DNA of 64,000 nucleotides from Rhodothermales bacterium (GTDB lineage: Bacteria; Bacteroidota; Rhodothermia; Rhodothermales; Bin80), in the NCBI GenBank assembly GCA_965262785.1, contig OZ253559.1, positions 923,571-987,570 of the forward strand, given 5' to 3'. The translations under genes were made by a program, and so were the position numbers. The notes under the pieces were generated by a model. That model was not told where the DNA came from. It saw only the letters and a list, made by a program, of their open reading frames with translations, and did no database searches. Of this stretch, positions 18,966-29,220 are shown piece by piece (the first letter of the stretch is position 1; each line of letters begins with the position of its first letter).

Positions 18966-20716
18966 GTCTGCTCATTGTTGCGAAACGACCCGTTTTGTCT
19001 GCTGTCCTCGGCCTTCAAGATAATCATTGTCCGGTCATCGCTTAGAAAGCTCACTGGCCCCGTAAACGACTCGACATCTTCCTGGATCAGCTCCAACAAC
19101 TCGTGCGCGCTCCTGGTGCGGTGTTGCAGGGCAAAAGACTGCAGGCGGCGGTCCGTGTACTCTTCCTGCTCCTTGCCCATGGCCTCGGTTACGCCATCGG
19201 TAAACAAAATCACTACATCGCCGGGGTTGAGCGTCACGCTGCCTCGCGCATAAGCAAGCGCCGGCAGGATGCCCAGAAGCAGGCCGCCGGCCTCCAACTG
19301 CGCGATGCTGCCGTCTGCGCGGATGAGCAGTGGCGGCTCATGGCCGGCATTGACATACTCGAACCGGCGTGTCTCGGCCTCGTAAACCCCCGCAAAGGCG
19401 GTAATGAACTTGTCAGGGGGTGTGTTTTCGTAAATGACGCGGTTGATGTTGCCTACCGCCTGGTCCAGTGCCATGCGCATCGGTAGCATGATGTGCGTGC
19501 ACGCGTGGATGCTGGACATCAGCAGTGCAGCGGGCATGCCTTTGCCTGTGACATCGGCGATGATGACATGGACTCTCCCTCCCTCCAGCGACAACACATC
19601 AAAGTAGTCTCCGCCTACCTCGCGGCTGGGCAGTGCCATCGTCGCGATCTGCAAACCCTCAACTTTTGGGATTGCGCTGGGCAGGAGGCCCTGCTGGATG
19701 TCGCGGGCGAGACGCAGCTCCTCTTCAAGGCGCTCTTTTTCGATACGCTCTTCGACCAGATCCGCGTTCTGTATTGACACGCTGGCCAAGCTGCCAAGCG
19801 AGTACAAGAACTCTATCTCGTTGGCCTCGTAGCTCTGCCTGGTCATCTTGGGACCCAGGCACAGTACGCCTTGCACCTTGCCCTGCTGTTTCAGCGGGAG
19901 GGCCAGCACCAGGCCGTGACGGTTAAGTGCGTCGCGTACCAAGGTGGAGCCGGAGGGTCCATCGGCCAGGGTCAGCTCCGTGACCGCGTCAAAAAAAGCC
20001 GCCGCAAACGAGGGGTTGGGGACACCTTGCGCCGAGACTACGTCAAAAGAAGGCTGGGCCCGCTTCAAAAAAAAGATGTGCTTGCTGACCATCATCTGTC
20101 CCATGAGGGCAAACGAGAACAGGCGCACCAGGCGGGAACGCTCTGGCGTAGCATTGAATTCCTGTGACAGGTCAAACAGCGTGTTGAGCTGCTGCACGCG
20201 GTAGTCCAAATCACGGTTGGCCTGCTGAAGCTCTTCAACAACCATAGAGTTGTGAATGGCCGCGGCGGAAATGTGCACCAGTGACTGGACAAATTTCAGC
20301 TCAGCTTTGTCAAAAGGCTGGCGTGTGGCTTTGCGCCCCAGCCCGACAAGGCCGATGTGGCGGTCCTGGTAGCGTATCGACAACACCAAGGCGATGCCGT
20401 GGGTCATCAGCTTCTGCGGAATTGCATCATTCTGTAGCATCTCGCCGGTGGAATGGTCTCCAAGTGCGAGTTGCGTGTCTTTCTGAATGTCCCGTATCCC
20501 TTTGACAATCGCCACGCGGTATCGCGATTCAATCGGCATGTACAAGAGAACCATGCCGCGCGTCACCAAGAGCTTGCTCATGGTGGTCAGCAGCAGGTTT
20601 CGCAGCACAAAGTCCAAGTCCAAAGAGCTGCTCAGGACCCGACTTGTCTCAAATAGCGAATGAAGGTCGTAGCGCTGCGTGCGCTCCGCGCGTCGCATAG
20701 CCGTTACTGCGTCCAC
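18962..20716 (-). CDS. GAF-domain PP2C (SpoIIE/RsbU-type) serine phosphatase
   Basis: 584 aa. Two GAF-like N-terminal regions, then a PP2C core (VGGDYFDV, IADVTGKGMPAALLMS, LFTDGVTEA). The stop overlaps the fsa start (ATGA). Confidence 0.85.
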   Translation of the reverse strand: MDAVTAMRRAERTQRYDLHSLFETSRVLSSSLDLDFVLRNLLLTTMSKLLVTRGMVLLYMPIESRYRVAIVKGIRDIQKDTQLALGDHSTGEMLQNDAIPQKLMTHGIALVLSIRYQDRHIGLVGLGRKATRQPFDKAELKFVQSLVHISAAAIHNSMVVEELQQANRDLDYRVQQLNTLFDLSQEFNATPERSRLVRLFSFALMGQMMVSKHIFFLKRAQPSFDVVSAQGVPNPSFAAAFFDAVTELTLADGPSGSTLVRDALNRHGLVLALPLKQQGKVQGVLCLGPKMTRQSYEANEIEFLYSLGSLASVSIQNADLVEERIEKERLEEELRLARDIQQGLLPSAIPKVEGLQIATMALPSREVGGDYFDVLSLEGGRVHVIIADVTGKGMPAALLMSSIHACTHIMLPMRMALDQAVGNINRVIYENTPPDKFITAFAGVYEAETRRFEYVNAGHEPPLLIRADGSIAQLEAGGLLLGILPALAYARGSVTLNPGDVVILFTDGVTEAMGKEQEEYTDRRLQSFALQHRTRSAHELLELIQEDVESFTGPVSFLSDDRTMIILKAEDSRQNGSFRNNEQT

Positions 20717-20749
20717 CTTATCTTGTATTGATGGGAGTTGCCTAGTGCA

Positions 20750-21433
20750 CTACAGCGAAAGGCTTTCGCCGGGAGCCAGCACCCGCGCGGGCAGCCCGGC
20801 ACGGTCCATGGCAGATGTCCACGTGCCAATGTCCATCTCAATGGGAGGGAATGTGTTGTAATGCATTGGAACATTCAGCTTGGCCTGCACCATCCGTGCG
20901 GCGCGCACGCTGCCTTGAATTCCCATCGTGAAGCAGTCGCCCACGGGCATCATCATTACATCGACCGCGTGGTCCTCGCCAATCCAGGCCATCTCGCCAA
21001 ATGCGTCGGTGTCTCCCGCGTTGTAGATGCATTTTCCCTCGGCATGTATCAGGTACCCATTCGGATTGCCGCCGTAGGTGCCATCCGGAAAGGACGATGA
21101 ATGGCGCGCGTAGGTCTGCGTCGCACGGCCCCACGGAAACTGCCAAGTGCCGCCGGTGTTGAGCGAGAGGACGTTGGCGTGTCCTTGCGCCTGGACGTAG
21201 TTGGCGATTTCAAAGTTTGCCACCACGAGGGCGCCGCTGCGCCTGGCGATATCCATGGTATCGCCCCAATGGTCACCGTGTGCATGTGTCAGAACAATTA
21301 CATCGGGGTGCAGCTCGGCCGGTGTGATGACACCTTCGGAGTGCTTGTTACCCGTCAGAAATGGGTCGAAGAGCAGAGTGGTTTTCCCCGCTGCGAGTTG
21401 GAAAGTAGAGTGCCCGTAATAGGTGAGCGTCAT
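20750..21433 (-). CDS. UPF0173-type metal-dependent hydrolase (MBL fold)
   Basis: 227 aa. MTLTYYGHSTFQL, DPFLTGN, THAHGDHWGD. Confidence 0.85.
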   Translation of the reverse strand: MTLTYYGHSTFQLAAGKTTLLFDPFLTGNKHSEGVITPAELHPDVIVLTHAHGDHWGDTMDIARRSGALVVANFEIANYVQAQGHANVLSLNTGGTWQFPWGRATQTYARHSSSFPDGTYGGNPNGYLIHAEGKCIYNAGDTDAFGEMAWIGEDHAVDVMMMPVGDCFTMGIQGSVRAARMVQAKLNVPMHYNTFPPIEMDIGTWTSAMDRAGLPARVLAPGESLSL

Positions 21434-21443
21434 GGCAGCTGTG

Positions 21444-23114
21444 CTACTTCATCAGTAATATCTTGCGGGTCTGCGCCCGCCCGTCTTTGCCTACCAGCCG
21501 CACAAAGTAGGTGCCGCTGGGCAGGTCTTCTCCGTTGAACCCCACTTGCCAGATGCCTGGCTTGCGCGAACCCGACACGAGGTTTTGTACGAGCTGTCCG
21601 GATACGTCCCATACTGAAAGGCGCACGGTTTGCTCCTCGGTGATTTCGAAGCTGATGGTCGTTGCCGGATTAAACGGATTGGGGTAGTTGTCCAGAATCT
21701 GCGCGGTGAGCGCATTACCCGCGCCCACGGCGAGTCCAAGCTTTATGGTTCCCGACAGTTGCTCCAAGCCATTGCCATACCGTTGGCGCAGCCGATAAAA
21801 CACTACCTGACTCGCTACGCTTTCATCGACGAAAGAGAATTTGTTTTCTCCTTTAGCATACACGACATCTACCTCATCAAAGTCCTTGCCGTTAAAGGAG
21901 CGCTCGATAATATAGGCGGGCTTTAGGCCTTGGGGGGCATCCCACGAAAGGCTGACGCCAAGCGGCGTAACTTCGCCCCTGAAGTTCTGGGCTGGCACGT
22001 AGAAGGCAAGGTTTGTCCCTACGGCGGTACTCCCTGTGGCGGGCCGAAAGACCAGGGGTGAGGTTTCTGGTCGGTCGAAGCTTAGAACTGCCAGACCTTC
22101 ACGTGTTGATTCGGACCGGCGCATCGTGGAGCGGATATCAGTCCTGCTGCGCGCAGTGGACCAGACTCTGACTTCATCAATCTCGCCCTCAAACCGCGGG
22201 ATTCTTGCGTTTCGATCTGCGCCGGCCTCCAGGCGGTGACCCACGGCAAGGTGCAAAGCTTCGTCTGGTCCCTGTGTTGCTGCATCGTGAATGGAGTCGG
22301 CGGGCTCACCGTCAAGATACAGGCGCGTTGACCAGTCTTCAGGGTTATGTACCAAGGCCACATGATGCCACTGGCCATCGGCAACGGGCCGGTGCGAGGC
22401 TATGGATACGTGGTTTGGTCCCTGTTTGTGGTAGCTGCGAACGCGGCCGTAGGTGTCAATGATGAGCTCCAGCGGATAGCGCGACTCGTTTACTCCATTC
22501 CACGTAGAAAGCACGATGCGCTCGCGTGCAACGGTCTTTATCCAAGCTTCTACCGTGAAGGCTGCGTCCCTGCGGATCGGCGGCAACCGCTCCTTATCAA
22601 GCACAAGCGGCGTGCCGGGCCGATTTAGGCGCAATGCTCGGTTTGTCCAGCGAATAAGCGGTGTGTCCTGCCGTACCTCCTGCATGACACGATACGCGTC
22701 CTGCGGTGCTGGCCGGCCTTCGTCGGTTGCCAAGGCGGGTGCCAAGCTCCAGGTGGCAAGGCCTCCGGAGCCGTGCGTACCGGCGCCAAGCACCAGCTCA
22801 AAGGAACCTCTAAGCGGCCGAGCAGCTGAGACCCAGTAACGCCCAGACTGCTGTTCCTTTACCTCCAGCGGTATCTGAAGGTACCCGTGACGCAGCACGA
22901 AAGCGTCGTTGAGGGTCCAGCCGGGCGGAAAGTCAACGAAGAAACCTGCCACCGCAAGCCGTCCCGTCCATTGCGCGAAAATGGTACAGGGCTCCCCCGC
23001 CACTACTTCGTCGGGACCCCAGACCTCGGAAAACTGTCCAACGGCGGGCATCACCGCGCAGCAGCCTAGTGCCCACAGCATGGAAACACGCGCAGAAGCG
23101 CCAATAGCGCCCAT
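21444..23114 (-). CDS. Secreted LamG/concanavalin-like domain protein with T9SS C-terminal sorting domain
   Basis: 556 aa with a signal peptide. LamG-like core (FTVEAWIKT.., WHHVALVHNP.., LYLDGEP, IDEVRVWS). The C-terminal ~80 aa (NYPNPFNPATTISFEI..VRLSVWDVSGQLV..GTYFVRL) is the Por/T9SS sorting domain pattern. Confidence 0.85.
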   Translation of the reverse strand: MGAIGASARVSMLWALGCCAVMPAVGQFSEVWGPDEVVAGEPCTIFAQWTGRLAVAGFFVDFPPGWTLNDAFVLRHGYLQIPLEVKEQQSGRYWVSAARPLRGSFELVLGAGTHGSGGLATWSLAPALATDEGRPAPQDAYRVMQEVRQDTPLIRWTNRALRLNRPGTPLVLDKERLPPIRRDAAFTVEAWIKTVARERIVLSTWNGVNESRYPLELIIDTYGRVRSYHKQGPNHVSIASHRPVADGQWHHVALVHNPEDWSTRLYLDGEPADSIHDAATQGPDEALHLAVGHRLEAGADRNARIPRFEGEIDEVRVWSTARSRTDIRSTMRRSESTREGLAVLSFDRPETSPLVFRPATGSTAVGTNLAFYVPAQNFRGEVTPLGVSLSWDAPQGLKPAYIIERSFNGKDFDEVDVVYAKGENKFSFVDESVASQVVFYRLRQRYGNGLEQLSGTIKLGLAVGAGNALTAQILDNYPNPFNPATTISFEITEEQTVRLSVWDVSGQLVQNLVSGSRKPGIWQVGFNGEDLPSGTYFVRLVGKDGRAQTRKILLMK

Positions 23115-23235
23115 CTTCCGGGTATTTTTCTGAGCGAAAGGCCCTCAAGAATACGCAATCGGGCTGGCAAACGCTAACCGCACAGCGTTCGGACGGGTTC
23201 AGCTATGAATGCAAACCACAGGGCCCGGATGGAAG

Positions 23236-23694
23236 CTATTCCCAGCTTGCCGCGTTGAGCTGGGTGACATCAGGCGTAGCCGACCCAATATGGTCTTCAG
23301 AATCGGGGTCCCCAAGGAGGTAAATGGCGACGCGGCCCGTGTCGTTTAACGAATACTCAAACTTTGAGCCGGTACGAGGCGAATAGACAAGCGAATCGAG
23401 AGCTAGGCCCTCTGTTCCAAAGAGACTGTCGGTGGCGACCAGCACCAGAGAGTCCTGCGCCAGCCACATCATCAGCGAGTCGAGCGAGCCGGGGAATTCG
23501 TCTAACTGCTGCTCATAGTAAACAAGCGCTGCGCGTACGTTGCCCATGCGGGCTTGCGTCATCTCGGTGACGGCGCGCGCTCGCTCTACCTCTTTCCAAG
23601 GTCCGGTGATGGATTGGACAAGCCAATAGCTCAAGAAGATAATTAGGAGGCCCAGACCGACCTGTATCGCGACCTTCATGCCTTGAATTCCCAT
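23236..23694 (-). CDS. Hypothetical single-pass membrane protein
   Basis: I trimmed the track ORF (to 23910) to the internal Met at 23694 (or 23679). This gives the N-terminal TM segment MKVAIQVGLGLLIIFLSYWLV. The upstream extension is Arg/Cys-rich and implausible. Confidence 0.5.
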   Translation of the reverse strand: MGIQGMKVAIQVGLGLLIIFLSYWLVQSITGPWKEVERARAVTEMTQARMGNVRAALVYYEQQLDEFPGSLDSLMMWLAQDSLVLVATDSLFGTEGLALDSLVYSPRTGSKFEYSLNDTGRVAIYLLGDPDSEDHIGSATPDVTQLNAASWE

Positions 23695-23863
23695 AGGATA
23701 GCGCAGAGAGTAGCGCAGTATATCGCGTGGATGTGCGGCCAAAATACACGTTGCAGAACTGCAATTGCAACCGCGGGGTCGCGGTTTCATACAAAGGCCG
23801 CACGGGATATGTACCGAGGATGCACGAAGCCCTGAAAAGTTGCCCGGACGGCAGCGGAAAGCC

Positions 23864-24589
23864 TTGACGCGCCTGTTGATCAACATTGACCATGTCGCCA
23901 CGCTGCGCAATGCGCGCAGGGAGTCCTTTCCCGATCCTGTAGCGGCAGCCGTGCTTTGTGAGGCGGCCGGTGCAGACGGGATCGTATTTCATCTGCGGGA
24001 GGATCGCCGGCATATCAATGAACACGACGTGGCGCGCCTGAGGGAATCCGTGCGGGGAACGCTGGACTTTGAGCTCTCGGTGGCTCCCGAGGTTGTCAGC
24101 ATCTGTTGTGCCACGCGCCCCGGCCTGGCGACGCTTGTGCCGGAGCGCCGCGAGGAGGTAACCACCGAAGGGGGTTTGGATGTGCTGCGTCATCTGGACA
24201 CGATTCAGACCACTACGACGCGACTTTTTGATGCTGGAATTCCGAAAGTGGCGCTGTTTGTAGATCCAGATGAGGCGCAGCTCGAGGCGGTCTGTGCAAC
24301 CGGCGCGAACGCTATTGAGCTGCATACCGGAGACTTTGCTACGGCGCCTACGCTGGCTGCCCAGCACGCCGAGGCGCGGCGGCTGGCCCAGGCCGCCGCG
24401 CAGGCCCGGGCCTTGGGGCTATCGATTCATGCAGGGCATGGGCTTGATTATCACAACTATCCCGTATTTGCGGCAGCAGTGCCACATGTGGAGGAGGTAT
24501 CAATAGGGTTTGCGGTCATGGCCCGAGCGATCCTGGTCGGCATGGACGAGGCCGTGCGCACGATGCGGTACCTTGTTAAAGGATACTAG
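23864..24589 (+). CDS. pdxJ: Pyridoxine 5'-phosphate synthase
   Basis: LINIDHVATLRNARR and the HLREDRRHI blocks are PdxJ signatures. The in-frame TTG at 23864 gives a typical length of about 241 aa. The track start at 23765 adds an unlikely 33-aa extension. Confidence 0.88.
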   Translation: MTRLLINIDHVATLRNARRESFPDPVAAAVLCEAAGADGIVFHLREDRRHINEHDVARLRESVRGTLDFELSVAPEVVSICCATRPGLATLVPERREEVTTEGGLDVLRHLDTIQTTTTRLFDAGIPKVALFVDPDEAQLEAVCATGANAIELHTGDFATAPTLAAQHAEARRLAQAAAQARALGLSIHAGHGLDYHNYPVFAAAVPHVEEVSIGFAVMARAILVGMDEAVRTMRYLVKGY

Positions 24590-24596
24590 GCGGGCG

Positions 24597-25469
24597 ATGG
24601 TTGAATTCCGCTGTGGCTACGTCGTGCTGGTGGGGAAGCCCAACGTGGGAAAGAGCACGCTGCTCAATCAACTGTTGGGCAGGAAGCTTTCAATCGTTAC
24701 CCCGAAGGCACAGACGACGCGACACCGCATTCTTGGCATCCTGTCGGAGCCTGCGCTGCAGATCATCTTTCTGGACACGCCGGGCGTGATCCGACCCCGC
24801 ACGCGTCTGCAGCAATCCATGATGCGGCGCGTCACGGGAGCAGTTGGCGAAGCGGACCTGCTCCTGTTCCTGGCGGATGCTCGTGCGGACAGCCCGGACA
24901 CGCTGAGCCTGGGCCGAACCAGCGGGCAGCCTGCCATTCTCGTAGTCAACAAGATCGACTTGATTCGACAGGCCGAGGTGCTGCCGCTAGTGCAAGCGTA
25001 CCTCGACCTGCGGGCCTTTGAGGCGGTTGTGCCGGTGTCCGCGCTAAAGGGGTTTAACGTAGATGTGCTGCGTGCGGAACTCAAGGCCCGCTTACCCCTT
25101 GGTGGGCCGTTGTATCCTGCCGACATGATCAGCGAGCATCCAGAGCGCTTTTTTGTCAGCGAGATCATCCGCGAAAAACTTTTTGAGCGCTTTCGGCAGG
25201 AAATTCCCTATTCCGTGGCGGTCAATATAAGTCGGTACGAAGAGCACCCAGGCCGCAAAGACTTCATCCAAGCGGACATCGTAGTGGAGCGCCAATCGCA
25301 GAAGGGCATCCTAATCGGAGCCGGCGGCCGCGCCCTCAAGGCCGCGGGCATCGCGGCGCGCAAGGATATTGAGGAATTTCTGGGCCGCCGCGTTTTCCTG
25401 AAGCTTTTCGTGCAGGTGCGTCCTAACTGGCGCAACCAGGACACGTTGCTGCGCTCCTACGGGTACTAG
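24597..25469 (+). CDS. era: GTPase Era
   Basis: The ATG at 24597 gives MVEFRCGYVVLVGKPNVGKSTLLN (G1), DTPG (G3) and NKID (G4), plus a C-terminal KH domain (ILIGAGGRALK). Confidence 0.92.
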   Translation: MVEFRCGYVVLVGKPNVGKSTLLNQLLGRKLSIVTPKAQTTRHRILGILSEPALQIIFLDTPGVIRPRTRLQQSMMRRVTGAVGEADLLLFLADARADSPDTLSLGRTSGQPAILVVNKIDLIRQAEVLPLVQAYLDLRAFEAVVPVSALKGFNVDVLRAELKARLPLGGPLYPADMISEHPERFFVSEIIREKLFERFRQEIPYSVAVNISRYEEHPGRKDFIQADIVVERQSQKGILIGAGGRALKAAGIAARKDIEEFLGRRVFLKLFVQVRPNWRNQDTLLRSYGY

Positions 25470-26629
25470 GGCACCAGGTGGACGCCCAGCCCATCTTTCA
25501 CAGCCACATGCAGAGCACTTGGCACCGAATTGGCGGGAATTTGGTGCCAACGAAACGCCCGCCGCCGAGGGTAGCTGATTCTGAGCGCACTAAAGCGTGT
25601 AGCCAGTGCATGGGGTGGCGCATTCAAGAGCGTCTTTGTGCGTGCATCGTCTGCGCGCAGGTCATACATGCGGCGCGTCAGTCCATCGAGCCATGCGGTC
25701 GCGTCCTTCGCATCGGCCGGCGGCGTCAGCACCAGCCGCGATGGGGGGCGCTCAACCGCTGCAAAGTTCCACAGAGGTACCAGCCCGAAATGCCGCGTAA
25801 CGGCCTGGTACAGTAGTATGGTGCCTCGGAGCTTTCCATCGTACGAGTGCCCCGCGATGTGGGGTGTGGCCAAACTGGCCGCGCGCATAAGGGAGAGGCT
25901 GGGGGCGGGTTCATTCTCCCAAACGTCCAGCACAGCGCCGCCAAGTGTGCCGTGACCAAGCGCTGAGCCTAGCGCAGCGCTATCGACAACAGCACCGCGC
26001 GCCGTGTTGATGAGCCAGGCACCCGGTTTCATCCGGCTAAGGGCAGATTGGCTTATGAGGTGGCGCGTGGCGTTTGACCCCGTGACCGTCAGCGGCACAT
26101 GGAGCGTGACGACATCGGATTCGCCAAGCAGCTTGTTCAACTCCACGTAGCTATGCGGCCCGCTGGATGCATCTGCCAGCGGGGGATCATTCCGCAGCAC
26201 GCGCATGCCAAGCGCTCGCGCACGACGTAGGACGCGGCTGCCGATGTCACCGCAGCCTACAATTCCCAGGGTTTTGACTTCCGGAGAAATTTTTTCCTGG
26301 CTGGCTATAACAATCAGGGCGGTAGTTACGTATTCAACGACCGCTTCGGCGCCAGCGCCTCGCGCGTGTGCAAAGGCTATGCCGCGCTCATGAAGTGCCG
26401 GGCGGTCGATGTGATCCGTGCCAATGGTAGCAGAGCCAACAAACTGGACGCAAGTGCCGGCAAGCAAATTGGCGTCAACGCGCGTGATGCTTCTTACCAG
26501 GAGGATGTCCGCTCCTTGGACGGCGGTGCGCGTGATGGCGCGTCCCGGCATCGTTCGCACGTTTCCGACATGCCGAAAGGCCTCATGCACATGCGGGATG
26601 TTCTTGTCAGCCAGGACGGTCAGTGCCAT
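25466..26629 (-). CDS. pdxB: 4-phosphoerythronate dehydrogenase
   Basis: 387 aa. The N-terminus MALTVLADKNIPHVHEAF..V.TMPGRAI resembles PdxB. It has a D-2-hydroxyacid dehydrogenase NAD fold (GIVGCGDIGSRV) and a PdxB-type C-terminal dimerisation extension. Confidence 0.8.
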   Translation of the reverse strand: MALTVLADKNIPHVHEAFRHVGNVRTMPGRAITRTAVQGADILLVRSITRVDANLLAGTCVQFVGSATIGTDHIDRPALHERGIAFAHARGAGAEAVVEYVTTALIVIASQEKISPEVKTLGIVGCGDIGSRVLRRARALGMRVLRNDPPLADASSGPHSYVELNKLLGESDVVTLHVPLTVTGSNATRHLISQSALSRMKPGAWLINTARGAVVDSAALGSALGHGTLGGAVLDVWENEPAPSLSLMRAASLATPHIAGHSYDGKLRGTILLYQAVTRHFGLVPLWNFAAVERPPSRLVLTPPADAKDATAWLDGLTRRMYDLRADDARTKTLLNAPPHALATRFSALRISYPRRRAFRWHQIPANSVPSALHVAVKDGLGVHLVP

Positions 26630-26721
26630 GTCGCGCGCGTTGCCGTTACGTATTTGTCAGCGCTAACGTGTACTTAGCGAACCGTTGCGCATGTTTCAGG
26701 AATTATTAGCATTTCAGTAGC

Positions 26722-27369
26722 ATGACTAGGGCCTTCAATTTGGTAACAAAGTGGGTAAGCGCTTCATTGATAGCGCTGGCCTGCGTCCTTGCCCCTTTCC
26801 GGTCTGCAGTAGCCCCACCGGCATCCGTTGACGATGTCCGGATCCTCCATCTGCCCCCATCCGAAGAGGCCGTTCGCGAAGCACTGTTCAACCCGTGGCA
26901 CGTGCAGCCGTTGCCAGCTGAATTAGTTGACTTGGAGACTCTATGGCTTGCGCGCCTAATGTATTCTGAGTCAAAGAGGGCCGGCGAGCAGGAATTGGTA
27001 GGCTGGGTGGCCCGCAACCGCGCGGAGACTGGTTTTCGTGGCCGGCATACCATCGAAGATGTCGCCCAGGATCCTTATCAGTTCAGCCCGTTTGTGGTGG
27101 GAAAAAGCACCTGGCACTATTACACCAGCCTGACGGTTGAGTCTAGTGCTCCAGGATGGCAGCGGGCACTGGCGCTGGCCTACTATGTGCGGCATGCCGA
27201 CGCATCACTACGCCCGTTTTCCCTGGACACGCGTCATTTCTTCAGTGAGCAGTCACTGGTCGTCGCAGACAGCCTGCCCGAATGGACGATTGGCCGGGAG
27301 GCGGTCGTACCGGCACGCCCAATGCAGTTGGAGCCCCAACGGTTTCGCTTCTTTGCGGGCGTATCATAA
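26722..27369 (+). CDS. SleB-like cell wall hydrolase domain protein
   Basis: 215 aa with a signal peptide. LARLMYSESKRAGEQELVGWVARNR...DPYQFSPF matches the Hydrolase_2 (SleB) pattern. Confidence 0.7.
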   Translation: MTRAFNLVTKWVSASLIALACVLAPFRSAVAPPASVDDVRILHLPPSEEAVREALFNPWHVQPLPAELVDLETLWLARLMYSESKRAGEQELVGWVARNRAETGFRGRHTIEDVAQDPYQFSPFVVGKSTWHYYTSLTVESSAPGWQRALALAYYVRHADASLRPFSLDTRHFFSEQSLVVADSLPEWTIGREAVVPARPMQLEPQRFRFFAGVS

Positions 27370-27987
27370 CCCCACCGAAAGGCGGAGCATGGCGGTGTTT
27401 AGCCGCTGCTGTCCTTCTGGAGTCAGCGTGACGAAATCAATCACGAGTTCATCTTGAATGAAATTGGTGAGCCCGAACGTGTACGCAATCTCCGGGTAAA
27501 GGCGGAGACCACCGATGGTGATCTGCAGGCCCAGGCCGGCCTCGGCTGCAACGGAGACGGGGGCAAGGTCATTGCTTAACACCTTGTCCGTGAATGACGG
27601 AAACCGAAAGACAGGTCCCGCGAACGCGTACGGCCCGATCACCGGCGAACTGATGCCGTAGCGGAAGAGCAGCGGTATTTCCACCATGCTCACGTCGAAC
27701 TGGTCGCGCGTGGCCGGAAAGGTGTCGTTGAGCCCCTCAAACAGATGGCCAGCGTCCAGATAGCGCAGGCCGGGTCGAACGCCCACGGGGCCTAGCGAAA
27801 ACTCGAACCAGGCGCCCACATGCCAGCCTTCCTTGCTCTTGAATCGGGTTTCAAGGCTGTTATAGGAGACGTCGGAAAGCTGCTGATAGTTCAGGCCGAC
27901 GGTAACGCCGAAGCGCTGGGCGGTGGCTTCGGGGCCGCGCACTGCGCTTACCAGCAGGATGCCACATACGAGGAAGCGAAGCTTCAT
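27364..27987 (-). CDS. Outer-membrane beta-barrel (porin-family, OMP_b-brl_2-like) protein
   Basis: I prefer the Met at 27987 (MKLRFLVCGILLVSAVRG). It has alternating beta-strand sequence with aromatic girdle residues. Confidence 0.7.
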   Translation of the reverse strand: MKLRFLVCGILLVSAVRGPEATAQRFGVTVGLNYQQLSDVSYNSLETRFKSKEGWHVGAWFEFSLGPVGVRPGLRYLDAGHLFEGLNDTFPATRDQFDVSMVEIPLLFRYGISSPVIGPYAFAGPVFRFPSFTDKVLSNDLAPVSVAAEAGLGLQITIGGLRLYPEIAYTFGLTNFIQDELVIDFVTLTPEGQQRLNTAMLRLSVGL

Positions 27988-28061
27988 AGCAGGAAGATTG
28001 GGACAAGCCTGCAACAAGAGCGGTTGATTCGTGTTTCCGTGAGAGCTATGTGACGGAAACT

Positions 28062-29201
28062 ATGAACATCGGAATCACTTGTTATCCGATCTATGGTGGT
28101 AGCGGCGTAGTTGCAACGGAGCTCGGCAAGGCGCTTGCACGCCGCGGGCATCAGATCCATTTCATCTCGTATCAGATGCCGTTTCGTCTGGGTGCGCTAA
28201 CGGATAACATCTATTTCCACGAGGTTGGTGTTAGGAGATACCCGATTTTTGAATACCATCCCTATTCGCTTGCGCTTAGCAGCACGATGGTGGATGTTGC
28301 TCGTTACCATGCGCTGGATCTGCTGCATGTTCATTACGCAATTCCGCATGCCACCAGCGCCATCCTTGCGCGGGACATCCTCCGCGGCCATGGAATCGAG
28401 GTGCCGGTCGTGACAACGCTGCACGGCACGGACATCACCATCGTGGGTCAGGATCCGAACTTTGCGCCGGTGGTGACACACTCGATCAACGCGTCCGATG
28501 GTGTGACGGCGGTTTCCGAAGCGCTTAGGCAGGAGACGTATCAGGCGTTTGGGGTGTGTGGCGACATCACAGTCATCCCCAACTTCATCAATGCAGACCA
28601 GTTTTCCAGGCGTACCGCCTGTGCAATTCGTGACCGGTTTTGCCCCAAAGGCGAGAAGGTCCTTGTGCATGTCTCGAATTTCCGGAAGGTCAAGAACACG
28701 CCTCACGTAGTTCAGGTTTTTAGCAACTTGCGACGCCGGGGGATTGCGGTAAAGCTGCTTCTGGTCGGTGATGGGCCTGACCGTTCTTCGACCGAGCGCC
28801 TAGCGCGGTCACTTCACGTGCACGAGCACGTGCGGTTTTTGGGCAAGCAGGATCCAGTCTCTGAGATTCTTTCGATGTCGGATGTCTTCATTATGCCGAG
28901 TGGATTCGAGTCCTTCGGACTTGCGGCATTGGAGGCCATGGCCTGTGGGGTGCCCGTCGTGTGCTCCGACATCGGTGGTCTACCAGAGTTGTTGGCCGGA
29001 AGCGGTGGCGGGTTTCTTTGCCCGCTGGATGACATTGCGGCTTTTACAGATTGCACCGCGCTCCTTCTTCAGGACGATGCGCTGCGTGAAAAGATGTCCA
29101 CCGCGGCCCGCACCCATGCGGTGCGCTATTTTAACGAGGATTCTATAGTCCCGCGCTACGAGGCTTACTATGACAGCGTGCGTGTTGGCGTGGCCGCTTA
29201 G
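28062..29201 (+). CDS. bshA: N-acetyl-alpha-D-glucosaminyl L-malate synthase (bacillithiol biosynthesis glycosyltransferase)
   Basis: MNIGITCYPIYGGSGVVATELGKALARRGH, HVHYAIPHA and a GT4 C-terminal E-x7-E region (GLAALEAMACGVPVV). I prefer the ATG at 28062 over the GTG at 28050. Confidence 0.85.
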   Translation: MNIGITCYPIYGGSGVVATELGKALARRGHQIHFISYQMPFRLGALTDNIYFHEVGVRRYPIFEYHPYSLALSSTMVDVARYHALDLLHVHYAIPHATSAILARDILRGHGIEVPVVTTLHGTDITIVGQDPNFAPVVTHSINASDGVTAVSEALRQETYQAFGVCGDITVIPNFINADQFSRRTACAIRDRFCPKGEKVLVHVSNFRKVKNTPHVVQVFSNLRRRGIAVKLLLVGDGPDRSSTERLARSLHVHEHVRFLGKQDPVSEILSMSDVFIMPSGFESFGLAALEAMACGVPVVCSDIGGLPELLAGSGGGFLCPLDDIAAFTDCTALLLQDDALREKMSTAARTHAVRYFNEDSIVPRYEAYYDSVRVGVAA

Positions 29202-29220
29202 CCCTTTGGTGGCCGAGCGT

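Noticed and set aside
23760-23786. 10-bp palindrome tgcaattgca and adjacent aaccgcg-gggt-cgcggtt hairpin upstream of pdxJ
   Set aside because: They are short, isolated, and without a recognisable regulator motif. I noted them but did not consider them reportable as a regulatory site.
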